Source of the DNA: a virus
Taxonomy: Duplodnaviria; Caudoviricetes
Reading direction: 5' to 3' (one strand)
Length of the DNA stretch: 64,000 nucleotides
IMG/VR virus record: IMGVR_UViG_3300035703_002708
Part shown: piece by piece, positions 27,015 through 37,824 of the stretch
How the letters are laid out: every line of letters begins with the position of its first letter
Numbering within the stretch: position 1 is the first letter of the stretch
Translations under genes and position numbers: made by a program
Notes under the pieces: model-generated
The model's database searches: none
What the model was told of the DNA's origin: nothing
What the model saw: only the letters and a program-made list of their open reading frames with translations

Positions 27015-28027
27015 CTATGAGATTAATACTTCTATTTTTATTATTTCCAATATTTTTAAAATCTCAACTAATACCTGAGGTCGGATACAAACTACAACTT
27101 ACTAATCAATTAGGTGTAATAAGACAATTAATTATCGCATTTGATAGTACAACATCAGATGGATTTGATTTGTGTTGTGATGCGGGAACTTTTGGAGGAC
27201 CAAACTCATTTTTAGGTATATATACACTTCTGAATGGAAACACATATTCGATTATGGCTTATGATAAACTGATTTCTGACAGAAGTATTAGTTTATATAC
27301 AACAGCAAACCCTGACCTTATTGAATTTACAATAAATGTAGTTGATACAATAGGTTATGAAAAAACAATAGTATCCTTATCTGATTCAGTATTTCCTGAC
27401 CAAAAGTTCAACTTTCCTTATACCTGTCAAGGTCCGATAACAGGAAATAGATTTACATTTCATACATCAGCACCTGTCAAATTAAATGTGATTAATGGTT
27501 GTGAGAGCGATAGCGGTGGTAGGGTAATCATCAATAATCCTAATGACAAATGGTCAGAAGAACTACGTTTGTATGGTGAATTATTTCAAAATGTAGATGA
27601 TACAATCATAACAAATCTTCAAAGCGGTTCTTACCAATATAAATGGTATAATCAAACAGGAGAACAAACTATTGATTTTGAAGTTAATAACAATCCATTT
27701 GATTTTGATTTGTTATTACCCAATAATTATGTATGGATAGACGACCCTGGTATCATACCACAATTATTCATAACGGGAAATTATGACCAAATAATGTGGA
27801 ACTTTGGAGATGGAAGTGAACCGAGATATGACGATTTGAACCCTGTTTATTATTATTCAGAGGTTGGACAATATACATTGGCTGTGACTGTAACGTCAGG
27901 CAATTGCACAAAAACCATTCAAGAAGTCATCACCGTAGATGATATTTTTGGATTTCCTAACATAAAATCAAAAAAAAATGATTATCCATTCTATTATGGA
28001 TTGGATGGTCGATTACACAAAAAATGA
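27011..28027 (+). CDS. secreted PKD-domain protein
   Basis: Signal peptide; WNFGDGS...NPVYYYSEVGQYTLAVTV; same domain order as the C-terminal third of 40304-43981. Confidence 0.75.
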   Translation: MTMRLILLFLLFPIFLKSQLIPEVGYKLQLTNQLGVIRQLIIAFDSTTSDGFDLCCDAGTFGGPNSFLGIYTLLNGNTYSIMAYDKLISDRSISLYTTANPDLIEFTINVVDTIGYEKTIVSLSDSVFPDQKFNFPYTCQGPITGNRFTFHTSAPVKLNVINGCESDSGGRVIINNPNDKWSEELRLYGELFQNVDDTIITNLQSGSYQYKWYNQTGEQTIDFEVNNNPFDFDLLLPNNYVWIDDPGIIPQLFITGNYDQIMWNFGDGSEPRYDDLNPVYYYSEVGQYTLAVTVTSGNCTKTIQEVITVDDIFGFPNIKSKKNDYPFYYGLDGRLHKK

Positions 28028-28174
28028 AACCAACAGGATTATTTGTGATTTGGATGTTATTAACAATTTTACTAACTTTCAGCATTATTGGTGTGATACT
28101 TTTCATACCTAACGGCACCAACCCTTCTACATGGATGCAAATAGGATTGAAATTGTTAGATAAAATTTAAATTT

Positions 28175-29508
28175 ATGACACAAGAAGATTTTGAAAATCA
28201 TTTGAAACCCGCATATGAAGTTTATCTGAAAGAACATAAGTCAGAACCTTTTGTTTTATTGGATGAGTGCGATTTGACATATCAAGAATTTTTGAATAAA
28301 ATTAGAAGTCGGTATTCATTTGCCCATATGTGGGGCGTAGACCTCAAGGTAGAGTTGTTATCAGACGAAGAAAGATACAAAATTTGGTATGGAAATAATT
28401 TTGAGACAGGATTTGAATATAATCCAAAAATTTTACCTAACTTTGATGACGAATATTGGGAACCAACACCAATAAAGAAATTTGTTTTAACTTACAATAA
28501 CAAAACATTTGAATTTTACGAACCTTCAAAATAAATAAGACATGGGAAAAGTAATTTTAGAATTTGATTCAGTTGAAGAGTCACAAGATGCAAGAGTTGC
28601 ATTGGACGCCATGAAATGGAAGATGTCGATGTGGGACTTGGACCAAAAACTTCGCACGGTCACAAAACACGGTATTAAATTTTCAAGTAACAACCAAGAA
28701 GCAACATCAGAAGAAATCGATTTTGCCGATAAAGTTCGTGAAGAAATCCGAGACATACTTAATGGTTATGGTTTAAATTTAGAAGATTAAGTTATGAACA
28801 GAGAAATTAAAAAAGGAAATCTTAACTATGACCAATCAGGTAGAGCATATCCTGATAATCCTGAAATTAAGGAAAATTGGGATTGTATTTGGGAAAATAA
28901 TGGTAAATATTATGAGTTGGTTGGTGACAATGAACATAAGGAGTGGGAAGAAGTCAGTAATAGAATGAAAATCAACAGAGAAGAACTATACAAACTCTAT
29001 ATGGAGTGGGTGGAACAAGTTACGGAGGAATGTGATTGGAAGACTTCATTTGGTCCTGAAGAAATAGTTGGAGCAATTGCTACCATTTTAGAAAATAATC
29101 CACATTTGTATGAGTAAAGAATTAATCTCTAAACTTTTAAAGGCATCTCAAGAAATTGATAGAACACCCAAAGCCAATTACATCCATTTAACTACACACT
29201 TTATTCAAAGTGAGGCTGATAAAAATGGGGTTACATTTGATGAAATGGTTGAAATTATTGAGAATGTCTTGAATCCAAAACAATAGAAAGTTATGAATGA
29301 TATAAATAAACTAATAGAACAAGGTAAAGAATTGGCTCGTAAACACGAAGAAATTCGTGATGAAATTCTAAACAATCCTGATATGGCTCAGGAATTAAAA
29401 GATATTATCATTAAAAATAGAATACCCGATGATAATGTTATCGATTTATCTGGGGGTAAAAGAATAAAAAGAATAGACCCTGACACATTTGAAATTGAAT
29501 ATGAATAA
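28175..29508 (+). other. small hypothetical CDS (28175-28534, 28542-28790, 28794-29117, 29110-29286, 29293-29508)
   Basis: Co-oriented, tightly packed ORFs. Confidence 0.6.
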
Positions 29509-30631
29509 CATCGATAAGCAATACCAAGCACTCCTACAAGACATACTTGACAATGGAGTTGAGAAGAAAGACCGCACAGGAACTGGTACCATTTCAGTGT
29601 TTGGTAGACAAATCCGTCATAAAATGTCTGATGGGTTTCCACTACTCACAACAAAGAAAATGGCTTGGAAAACTATGGTAACAGAATTACTGTGGTTTTT
29701 AAAAGGTGATACTAATATCAAATACCTTGTTGATAATGATTGTCATATTTGGGATGGTGATGCGTATAAGAACTTCAAGAGTAGATTTAGTCAAATGCCT
29801 GGCATTCAATCTTCGCTTCCTACAAAAGAAGAGTTTATCGATAAAATAAAAAATCAAGATGGATATGCTGAATTGTGGGGTGAATTAGGACCAATTTATG
29901 GTAAACAGTGGAGAAAATGGGAAGTAAATGAACCCAAAGAAATTTTAAGAACTGAAAATGTTACTTGGCCTTATGAACCAAACCCACACACATACCAACA
30001 AAGGGTAGGTACGTTCAAGATAAAACAAATAGACCAAATCCAAAATTTAATCAACAACCTTAAAACAAACCCAGACTCAAGACGATTAATGGTTAATGCT
30101 TGGAATGTAGGTGAATTGGACCAAATGGTTCTTCCACCCTGTCATTATGGATTTCAAGTTTATACAAGAGAGTTGAGTAGAGATGAACGATTTAGATTAT
30201 ATGTCAAAAGAGATAACCCATTATACCCTTTAAATGTTAAAGATGTTAACGAGTATTTAACATTGATAGGAATACCTAAACGAGCAATCTCTTTAATGTG
30301 GAATCAACGTTCAGTAGATACATTCTTAGGTTTACCATTCAATATTGCTAGTTATGGTTTGCTGCTTGAAATTATTGCTAAGGAAATAAATATGGTACCT
30401 GATGAATTGATTGGAAACTTAGGTGATGTACATCTTTATAGTAACCATGTTGAACAGGCTAAGGAACAAATTAGTAGAAAACCATTTGAGTTGCCTAAAT
30501 TAAATATTTTTGAACCAGCAATCGGTAAAGAAATATCTATACTGGATAATTTACATATATGGTCACCTAATTGTTTTATTATAGAAAACTATCAATCACA
30601 CCCCACCATTAAAGCACCTTTATCCAATTAA
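29501..30631 (+). CDS. thyA: thymidylate synthase
   Basis: DRTGTGT, FPLLTTKK, ELLWFL, LGPIYGKQWR, MVLPPCH, QRSVDTFLGLPFNIASY, GDVHLYSNH. Confidence 0.97.
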   Translation: MNNIDKQYQALLQDILDNGVEKKDRTGTGTISVFGRQIRHKMSDGFPLLTTKKMAWKTMVTELLWFLKGDTNIKYLVDNDCHIWDGDAYKNFKSRFSQMPGIQSSLPTKEEFIDKIKNQDGYAELWGELGPIYGKQWRKWEVNEPKEILRTENVTWPYEPNPHTYQQRVGTFKIKQIDQIQNLINNLKTNPDSRRLMVNAWNVGELDQMVLPPCHYGFQVYTRELSRDERFRLYVKRDNPLYPLNVKDVNEYLTLIGIPKRAISLMWNQRSVDTFLGLPFNIASYGLLLEIIAKEINMVPDELIGNLGDVHLYSNHVEQAKEQISRKPFELPKLNIFEPAIGKEISILDNLHIWSPNCFIIENYQSHPTIKAPLSN

Positions 30632-30633
30632 TC

Positions 30634-32567
30634 ATGGAACAACAAACAGATTTTCAAGAAATCTTAAAACTTATGACCCTCAAGTTAAATAATGTCTCAT
30701 ACAACAACGGTGATATATCAGACATAGGTAATGAAGTTGGGTTAGCAATTGGGTCAATTTTGGAAAATATGACCGATGAAGAAATAGATGACTTTGTAAG
30801 TGGATTTAGACACGGAGTAAGTTTAACAAATGGAACACATTAAATTATGAAAACAGAATTAGAAATCAAACAAAAGTATGACGAAATGTTAAAACATACT
30901 GAATACTTGATGGGTCTTATAGAAAATTCGCCAGACTTAACTAATGACCAAATTAAAGAAATAATTTGTGAGCAAAACGCTCAACATCAGATGAATGCCT
31001 TGATGAGGTGGGTATTGAACATTAAACAATAAATTAATATATTTTGTATTATGGCAAAACTTGAAACGCAATACGAAAACTATTTGAAGGAGGTACCAAC
31101 CTCAACTTACTCATTTGATGAATGGTTAACCGAAGTTTGGGAACCTGAGATTGATGAACTAAAGGAGTGGGATGTCACTTTATCAGATGGATTGGACGAT
31201 ACTGAAAAATGGAACTAACAAAAATAAACTTAAATAAACAAAACCGAATGTTACGGATTGGTTTTGGGAAACACTATGGAACTTGGTTTTTCAGAATTGA
31301 TTTGTGGTTCTTCGGTATAAGATTAAATTAATTATGAAATTACAAGAATTATTAACAGAAATTCTCACATCAGGAGAATTTACCAAACCAAAGGACAAAT
31401 TTGGAATTACTAATGAAACAATTTACGGAGAAGAATTAGAACAATTCAAAGACCGAATTTTACAAACAGAAGAGTTTGCCGACTGTGAAGAATTGATTAT
31501 AATGAAACATCCAGTCAATCAAAACGAACTCGGAGAAGTAATCCACCCAAAGATGTATAAAGTAAGTAGCGAGGATAAACACACATTCAAAGGGAAGTGT
31601 TATTTGTTATCGTTAGCACTTACACCTGAAATGTATGACCCCAAGAAATTACACGAACCTGTATTGGAAGGTGCTTGTATTACACCAACTATTTATGACC
31701 AACAAACTTTTGAACCAAAAAAGAAAATTGTTTTAGAATTTTCTCCTGAATTGGCACAAGACCAACATATATATGATTTGGGTAATCCATCTATGATTGA
31801 GGATGCCGAAAAAAACGGAGAAACAATTTTAAGAAAACAATTACACGAAAAACTTGATAAGATTTTAGACAATCCTGAAAATTATAAAGTTAAAGGTGAA
31901 AAAGGTATGTTGGTGAGAGGTCTTTTTGAAGAAGTTAATAACAAAAATACAAATTCCAAAACCGACCTTTTAGGACTTCAAACAGAAAAACAAACTCACA
32001 CAACAGTTTATTTCTTTGAAAAAGACGAAAAAAACTCAACCGAAGGTCAAGTTAGTCTCAAACTATCAACTATTCCAATTCCAATCGAACTTCGTGATAA
32101 ATTTGTGGAAGAAGTAGGTTCCGACCCAATGAAAATAACAAGACAAGAAATAGAAGATTTCTTAAAAAGAAATGAAAAATAAATCTCCGAGATATATATA
32201 AATAATCAACCTAATCAAATTCAGAAATGAAAGATAACTTGGAAGATAAATTATCAAAATATAAATTCAGAATGGAATTATTGCGGACTGGTATTGGTGT
32301 GGTAGTATTAATCATTCAATTAATCATATTAAACCATTTGCTCAGTCAATAAACATTAAAACCACCTTTATGGATTCGATTCCCCTGTATAGTTACATCG
32401 CAAATTTTTCACCCAACCCAATAGGAATAACACTTTACGACAATCATAATCAAGAGATTGGTCAATTTTTAGGAACAGACATTATTGATGGGTATGTATT
32501 CGTTCACGATGGAACAGAATTATATACCAAAGATATGAAAGAGTGTTTCGTAATGGAGGGAGCATAG
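30634..32567 (+). other. hypothetical CDS (30634-30843, 30847-31032, 31334-32182, 32370-32567 and shorter ORFs)
   Basis: Co-oriented ORFs with no recognisable motif. Confidence 0.55.
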
Positions 32568-32610
32568 ATATCTGAATTTAAGTGACCCATAGATATTTAT
32601 GTAATAAATT

Positions 32611-32946
32611 ATGGGTTACACACATTTAGATAAATTGTTAAACGTTGTATTAAAACTCAAATACGATTGGATATCAAAAATAGATATTCCATATCATTAT
32701 GAAACTGCACACGGTGATGTGTATTATGTTCATTTATATGTGAATGACGATATATTAAAAATATTAGATGACCCAAAACTCTTTCCAAAAAATCAATATA
32801 AAATTCCCCTTGATGAGTTTGAAAAGAAAACCAAAACAAAATTCAAATCATTAAGAAGAGATATTGATGACTTGTTTCGTTCACAAATATTATCAGGTCA
32901 GGTTGAGCAGGACATATGGATTTTCGTACCAGAACATTTAAGATAA
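32611..32946 (+). CDS. hypothetical protein, KYDW family
   Basis: LLNVVLKLKYDWISKIDI; TATTTAT at 32594. Confidence 0.65.
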   Translation: MGYTHLDKLLNVVLKLKYDWISKIDIPYHYETAHGDVYYVHLYVNDDILKILDDPKLFPKNQYKIPLDEFEKKTKTKFKSLRRDIDDLFRSQILSGQVEQDIWIFVPEHLR

Positions 32947-32986
32947 TTTGGAATACTAATTGATATCTATGAAAAAAATTATTCTT

Positions 32987-33952
32987 ATGAAAACTATATT
33001 CTACCTTCTGTTAGTCATTTTTATGACATCTTGCTCGTTTTATAACGTAACGGGACAATCACCATATCAATACACATCTGTGTCAGAACAAGTAATTGTA
33101 AATGACTTTTATGATGAACCATTCGATGTTCAAAATGTTTACATAAATTACACACCAACATTTTCATTTGTTGATTATTACTCTTGGTATTGGTGGAGAC
33201 CAAACAGAAGATTTTATTATTGGATGTATCCGACAACCAATTATTGGGGTTGGAACTCTTGGAACGGATGGAATTATTATAATAGTTGGGGATGGAATAG
33301 TTGGAATTATTATGGTTGGAATAACTATGGGTATTATCCATATTACTTAAATAATTGGTCGTATTATAATAACATATACCATCCTTACACTTATAATCCA
33401 TATTTTTACCATCCAAACAATTTCGGTGTAGGTTGCCATAGTCCATTTTATAAACAAAATACACACAATTGGAAAAAGAGTTTGAACCAACCAACTGTAA
33501 ATCTTCAAAAACTTGCTCACAACAAAACAAATTATACCTCAATAAAACCTGAACCAGTAAAAACCTTTTCAGGTAATTCTCCAAAAAGACCTGATAACCT
33601 TTCTCAAAGAAGTTATGATAGACCAAAACAAGATTTGAGAGTTTATAACGAACAAAGATATAATACACCAAGTCGTAATACTGAAACAAGAACCTATACA
33701 AAACCTGAAAGAGTTGAGTATAAAAGGGAAACTTACGAACCAACAAGGTCAACATATCAAAGGCAAGAAAGAACTAATCAGATTAGACCAAATTACGAAA
33801 GACCAAAATCAAATTATCGACCAAGTAACCAACCTTCAAGGTCATCATATCAACCAAGAACAAATTACGGAGGAACAAGAAGTAATTTTGGTGGGTCAAG
33901 AGGAAATTCTCCAAGTCCAAGAAGTAATTTCGGTGTAAAAGGAGGAAGATAG
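32987..33952 (+). CDS. low-complexity lipoprotein (W/Y/N-rich middle, R/S/P-rich tail)
   Basis: FMTS-C lipobox; YWGWNSWNGWNYY repeats; disordered C-terminus. Confidence 0.7.
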   Translation: MKTIFYLLLVIFMTSCSFYNVTGQSPYQYTSVSEQVIVNDFYDEPFDVQNVYINYTPTFSFVDYYSWYWWRPNRRFYYWMYPTTNYWGWNSWNGWNYYNSWGWNSWNYYGWNNYGYYPYYLNNWSYYNNIYHPYTYNPYFYHPNNFGVGCHSPFYKQNTHNWKKSLNQPTVNLQKLAHNKTNYTSIKPEPVKTFSGNSPKRPDNLSQRSYDRPKQDLRVYNEQRYNTPSRNTETRTYTKPERVEYKRETYEPTRSTYQRQERTNQIRPNYERPKSNYRPSNQPSRSSYQPRTNYGGTRSNFGGSRGNSPSPRSNFGVKGGR

Positions 33953-33965
33953 CATATTTATTAAC

Positions 33966-34424
33966 ATGGGAAGCATAGAAATAGACAAATTATCACCAAA
34001 GACAATCATAGTAATTTCTAAATTGGTTTATGAAAGTCAAGGTTCTGGCACTTTTGATTTAGATGATTTGAACAAGGCAATTAAAAAACTTGGTATCCAC
34101 ACAGATTTTAATTTAGATGTTAGTTTTGTTTATGAAGTTATACAACTTAATGAACAAAAATTTCAAACTAATACAATTTCAATAGAAAACTTAATTTTAC
34201 CTGAATTAAAAGATTTGGACGTTGAATACTATAAAACCTATTCAGAAATAGTGACATATTATTACCAAAAAGACCTCCAATCATACTCGAAAAAGAAAGC
34301 GATTGTAGATAATTTTTTCAGATATGAAGGAAGTGATTATGTTGATATTGATTATGCAACAGAATATGACAAAGATTATGGTGATTCAGAATATTTGGAT
34401 GGAGGAATTAATAATATCAATTGA
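33966..34424 (+). CDS. hypothetical acidic protein
   Basis: TATTTAT at 33955. Confidence 0.6.
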   Translation: MGSIEIDKLSPKTIIVISKLVYESQGSGTFDLDDLNKAIKKLGIHTDFNLDVSFVYEVIQLNEQKFQTNTISIENLILPELKDLDVEYYKTYSEIVTYYYQKDLQSYSKKKAIVDNFFRYEGSDYVDIDYATEYDKDYGDSEYLDGGINNIN

Positions 34425-34505
34425 CACTTTACAACCCCAATTTGTTTCATAAAATTAATCAAACTATGAAACGAAATAAAAACATAAAACTTAACTTATA
34501 ATAAG

Positions 34506-34532
34506 TCCCTCATTTATTGAGGGATTTTTTTT
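34506..34532 (+). terminator. intrinsic terminator
   Basis: TCCCTCA/TGAGGGA plus T8. Confidence 0.75.
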
Positions 34533-34563
34533 GCCCGTACATAAACAAATAAAAATAAAAAAA

Positions 34564-35373
34564 ATGGAAGACATTTTAATCTACAACGAATTAATTCAGA
34601 AACTCAGATTTTTCTTTCTGAAAAGGGGATATGTTGAGGTCCCAACACAATCAAACTTATCAATCTTGGCGGCTTGTGAAAACCCACAGTCAATTGTCAA
34701 ATATGTATTTGACGGACAAGAATGGCCTATGATTCAAACAGGTCAAATGGTATTAGAAGAAGTATTACTTAAAAATCCTGATTGGGAAGGAGTATTTTGT
34801 ATCACAACATCTTATAGAGATGAGAAGGACCCAATACCTGGAAGACACAACAAAGTGTTCCCTATGTTTGAATTTGAATCAAAAGGTGGGTTTGAAGAGT
34901 TAAAGCAAGTAGAAAAAGAATTACTTGAATATCTAGGTTTCAGAACACCACTTGAAGTCACATACGAAGATATGTGTAAAAAATATAACACAAGTATTGT
35001 TGAAGCAGAGCACGAGACAAAAATGTGGAGTAATCTCGGAACGTCAATCTCATTACAGAAGTTTCCTAAAAGAACATCACCTTTTTTCAATATGAAATCA
35101 GAAGATGGAGAAACATTTCAAAAGATTGATGTGATTCTTTTTGGTATGGAAACAATCGGAAGTGCGGTGAGAAGTTCTGACCCTGTTATGATGAGAAAAA
35201 TGTTTTATGAAATCTCAGATGGTGAATATGCCGGTAAATTATTTGAGTTATTCGGCAGAGAAAGAGTTGAAAAAGAATTGGAAGAATTTTTATCTAACAA
35301 GTTCTTTGACAGGTTCGGTGCTGGTATTGGAATGACCAGATTAATGAGAGCGTACCAATTACTAAAACAATAA
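34564..35373 (+). CDS. class II aaRS catalytic-domain-only protein (Asn/Asp/Lys type; AsnA-like or EpmA-like)
   Basis: Motif 1 GYVEVPT, motif 2 SYRDE...RHNKVFPMFEFE, ETIGS, motif 3 GAGIGMTRL; no anticodon-binding OB domain. Confidence 0.85.
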   Translation: MEDILIYNELIQKLRFFFLKRGYVEVPTQSNLSILAACENPQSIVKYVFDGQEWPMIQTGQMVLEEVLLKNPDWEGVFCITTSYRDEKDPIPGRHNKVFPMFEFESKGGFEELKQVEKELLEYLGFRTPLEVTYEDMCKKYNTSIVEAEHETKMWSNLGTSISLQKFPKRTSPFFNMKSEDGETFQKIDVILFGMETIGSAVRSSDPVMMRKMFYEISDGEYAGKLFELFGRERVEKELEEFLSNKFFDRFGAGIGMTRLMRAYQLLKQ

Positions 35374-35425
35374 CTTGTAAAACAAATATTACACTTAATC
35401 CGAATATTTATAGTTAAAAACTATA

Positions 35426-35677
35426 ATGTTAAAATTAACTTGGATATTCGGATTAATTTTACTTTTCTTCATTTTTTTATTTATCAATCACAAGTTGAAT
35501 AAAAAAATAGAGTTATTCAAATCAATCCAAGAACCCACCAAAAAAGAAAAAATAAAGTTAATTTTATATTTAGGTTTAGATAAGTTATTAAGTTTCGTTT
35601 TACTTCTATATTTTATGGTGGTACTTTTGAGTATTGTGGGAATTATGGCTTTATTAACAATTGCATTATTTAATTAA
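35426..35677 (+). CDS. small two-helix membrane protein
   Basis: Two hydrophobic segments; TATTTAT at 35405. Confidence 0.6.
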   Translation: MLKLTWIFGLILLFFIFLFINHKLNKKIELFKSIQEPTKKEKIKLILYLGLDKLLSFVLLLYFMVVLLSIVGIMALLTIALFN

Positions 35678-35679
35678 AA

Positions 35680-36126
35680 ATGGAAAACAAAAATTTAAAA
35701 AAAATGGTTGAGTCCGAAATGAAAAAAAGAGGACTTATTGAACAAGAAATGATGGGTGAATCAAACCCATTTGTTGAAATGATTTCAAAATTACGATTTT
35801 CAGTAGAACAAACACAAGTTTATCACTGGCAAAGTCAATCTTATGCTGAACATATCGCACTTAACGAATATTATGATGGTATTCCTGCGATTGTTGATGG
35901 TATTGTTGAATCTTATCAGGGTAAATACGGCATCCAAAAAGGATACAGATTATTCGAAGTTAGAGATTATTCAACACCTGAAGAAGTAATTAACTTTCTA
36001 AAAAAATTGGACGAAGATGTCGAAATGCTCCGTCAACCAATCAAAGAAAGTTATATTCAAAATCAGATTGACAATGTTCTACAACTAATTGAAACAACGG
36101 TCTATAAATTAGAAAACCTTAAATAA
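35680..36126 (+). CDS. ferritin/Dps-like four-helix protein (DUF5856-like)
   Basis: VYHWQS.SYAEH.ALNEYYD...D.IVESYQGKYG...TVYKLENLK. Confidence 0.75.
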   Translation: MENKNLKKMVESEMKKRGLIEQEMMGESNPFVEMISKLRFSVEQTQVYHWQSQSYAEHIALNEYYDGIPAIVDGIVESYQGKYGIQKGYRLFEVRDYSTPEEVINFLKKLDEDVEMLRQPIKESYIQNQIDNVLQLIETTVYKLENLK

Positions 36127-36129
36127 CAA

Positions 36130-36162
36130 AAAACCCCTCCAAAAAAGAGGGGTTTTGTTTTT
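36130..36162. terminator. bidirectional terminator
   Basis: AAAACCCCTC/GAGGGGTTTT between convergent genes. Confidence 0.8.
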
Positions 36163-36175
36163 ATATATGTTGAGT

Positions 36176-36907
36176 TTAGAAATCTAATTTAACATCAAAG
36201 TCATAATTGTCAGAATAACCTTCTTCACCATTCATATTCATTTCTAATGACCAACTAACTTTACCAGGTTCAGAGAAGTTAAGAATAATTTGTCCGTAAC
36301 CACCCTCATTATTTTCCCAACCACCATAATGCTTTTCCAAAAGATTGTAACCAAAATCCTCAAATGTTGAGGGTAGTGTGACAGTTCCACCCAACTCGTT
36401 CTCACCATCAGCCTCAATATACCCACTATCACCGCCACCATCAAATTTCATGGTGATAATATCTCCGTTGAGGTCATCTGAATCGTTTTTGGAGTTTATA
36501 AGCGCTTGTGCAATATCTTGTTTAGCCTCACCATCATTCTCCATATATGATGATTCATAATAACTTACATCATGACCAAAATTTAATGTTTTGTTTTCGT
36601 AATTGAATTCACACCAAATTGAACCCCAACTTTCCTCACTTTGGTCGGCAAATGGTTGATAAAAAGTGTCCATATTATCCTCTACAAATTCAAAAACCAA
36701 ATCATATAGTGAATCATAATCTATATTTTTTGACCCACTTTCTGTTTCAATTGAACATTCAGGTCCGTGCCAGTCTTGTTCTAAACCACCACCTTGCTCA
36801 ACTTGAAACCTCATATAAATTTCAGGTCGTTTAGGTTTATAAGATTTGGCAAGTAATGCTGCTCTCTTAAATAGTTTTTTGTGTTCGTCTGTTAAAATTA
36901 CTTCCAT
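36176..36907 (-). CDS. DUF6878-like acidic protein
   Basis: KFDGGGDSGYIE and GGWENNEGGYGQI motifs. Confidence 0.6.
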   Translation of the reverse strand: MEVILTDEHKKLFKRAALLAKSYKPKRPEIYMRFQVEQGGGLEQDWHGPECSIETESGSKNIDYDSLYDLVFEFVEDNMDTFYQPFADQSEESWGSIWCEFNYENKTLNFGHDVSYYESSYMENDGEAKQDIAQALINSKNDSDDLNGDIITMKFDGGGDSGYIEADGENELGGTVTLPSTFEDFGYNLLEKHYGGWENNEGGYGQIILNFSEPGKVSWSLEMNMNGEEGYSDNYDFDVKLDF

Positions 36908-36931
36908 AAAAAAATTTTACTATAAATATTG

Positions 36932-37285
36932 TTAATCTTCCAAATTGATTTTCATAGTTTTCATCATCCAAATCGGTCGTTCATTTTTTTCTAAACAAAC
37001 AATCCAATCCTTAGCCGATGGAATGAAGTTATTACAATCTTCTTTTACGTGCTGCTCACCAATGTATCTGGTATATACAATTTTACCATCTGAGTTGGTA
37101 AAGTAACTACCAAATACTTTTTCACATTCAAATATTCCCTCACTATGATGACGAAACACTCTATGGATAGAATGTCCATACCAAGCCTTAGTTTCATCAA
37201 ACCATTCGTGGATTTTGATGTAGTCCTCAGGTTTTCCTCCAAATTGTTTTACAGATGACTTAGCGTGAACTAATGGATGTGCCAT
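36932..37285 (-). CDS. DUF6915-like His-rich protein
   Basis: MAHPLVHAKSSVKQFGG...IHEWFDETK...HR..RHHSEG...EQHVKED. Confidence 0.7.
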   Translation of the reverse strand: MAHPLVHAKSSVKQFGGKPEDYIKIHEWFDETKAWYGHSIHRVFRHHSEGIFECEKVFGSYFTNSDGKIVYTRYIGEQHVKEDCNNFIPSAKDWIVCLEKNERPIWMMKTMKINLED

Positions 37286-37356
37286 ACCAAATAAGTTTCA
37301 ACAAAGATATATAATCTAACTTCAAATATCAAACAAATATTGATATATTTATTAAT

Positions 37357-37824
37357 ATGCCAAAAACAGAAAAGTCATTAAAGTCGGAGAAAATAATTGA
37401 AAAGTTAATCAACATGAACAACGTTTTAGAAGTTGAAGATGTTGATGCGATGGGTCAAGATGTTTTGGTTAAAGTGACAATCAAGTTTGACCCAGAAACA
37501 AGTATTGATGAAATTGATGAAGATTATATAGAAAGACATAATAGTGTTCATGCTCATGGTCCATACGGTAATTTAAGTAGAATAAAAGAAGGTGTTAAAT
37601 TTTATGGTACGGTAAAGGTAAGAGTTGTAAAATTAGTTGAGATGTGGTTCGATGAAGATGATGTAGAACAGGAATCAACAAATATAAATCCACAAAAAGA
37701 CGATTTAAGTTGGGGAGTAAGAGATGGAATTTATGACCAACTCATTACGAGATTATATAAATTTCTACCTGATAGTCTATACGATATAGATGTAGATTTT
37801 ACTTTCAAAAAATATGGAATATAA
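37357..37824 (+). CDS. hypothetical acidic protein
   Basis: TATTTAT at 37346. Confidence 0.6.
   Translation: MPKTEKSLKSEKIIEKLINMNNVLEVEDVDAMGQDVLVKVTIKFDPETSIDEIDEDYIERHNSVHAHGPYGNLSRIKEGVKFYGTVKVRVVKLVEMWFDEDDVEQESTNINPQKDDLSWGVRDGIYDQLITRLYKFLPDSLYDIDVDFTFKKYGI

Noticed and set aside
29501-30631. Intron or intein in thyA (longer than E. coli ThyA)
   Set aside because: Continuous frame; the extra residues are short loop insertions without intein motifs
33021-33755. 244-aa minus-strand ORF
   Set aside because: Antisense shadow of the low-complexity lipoprotein
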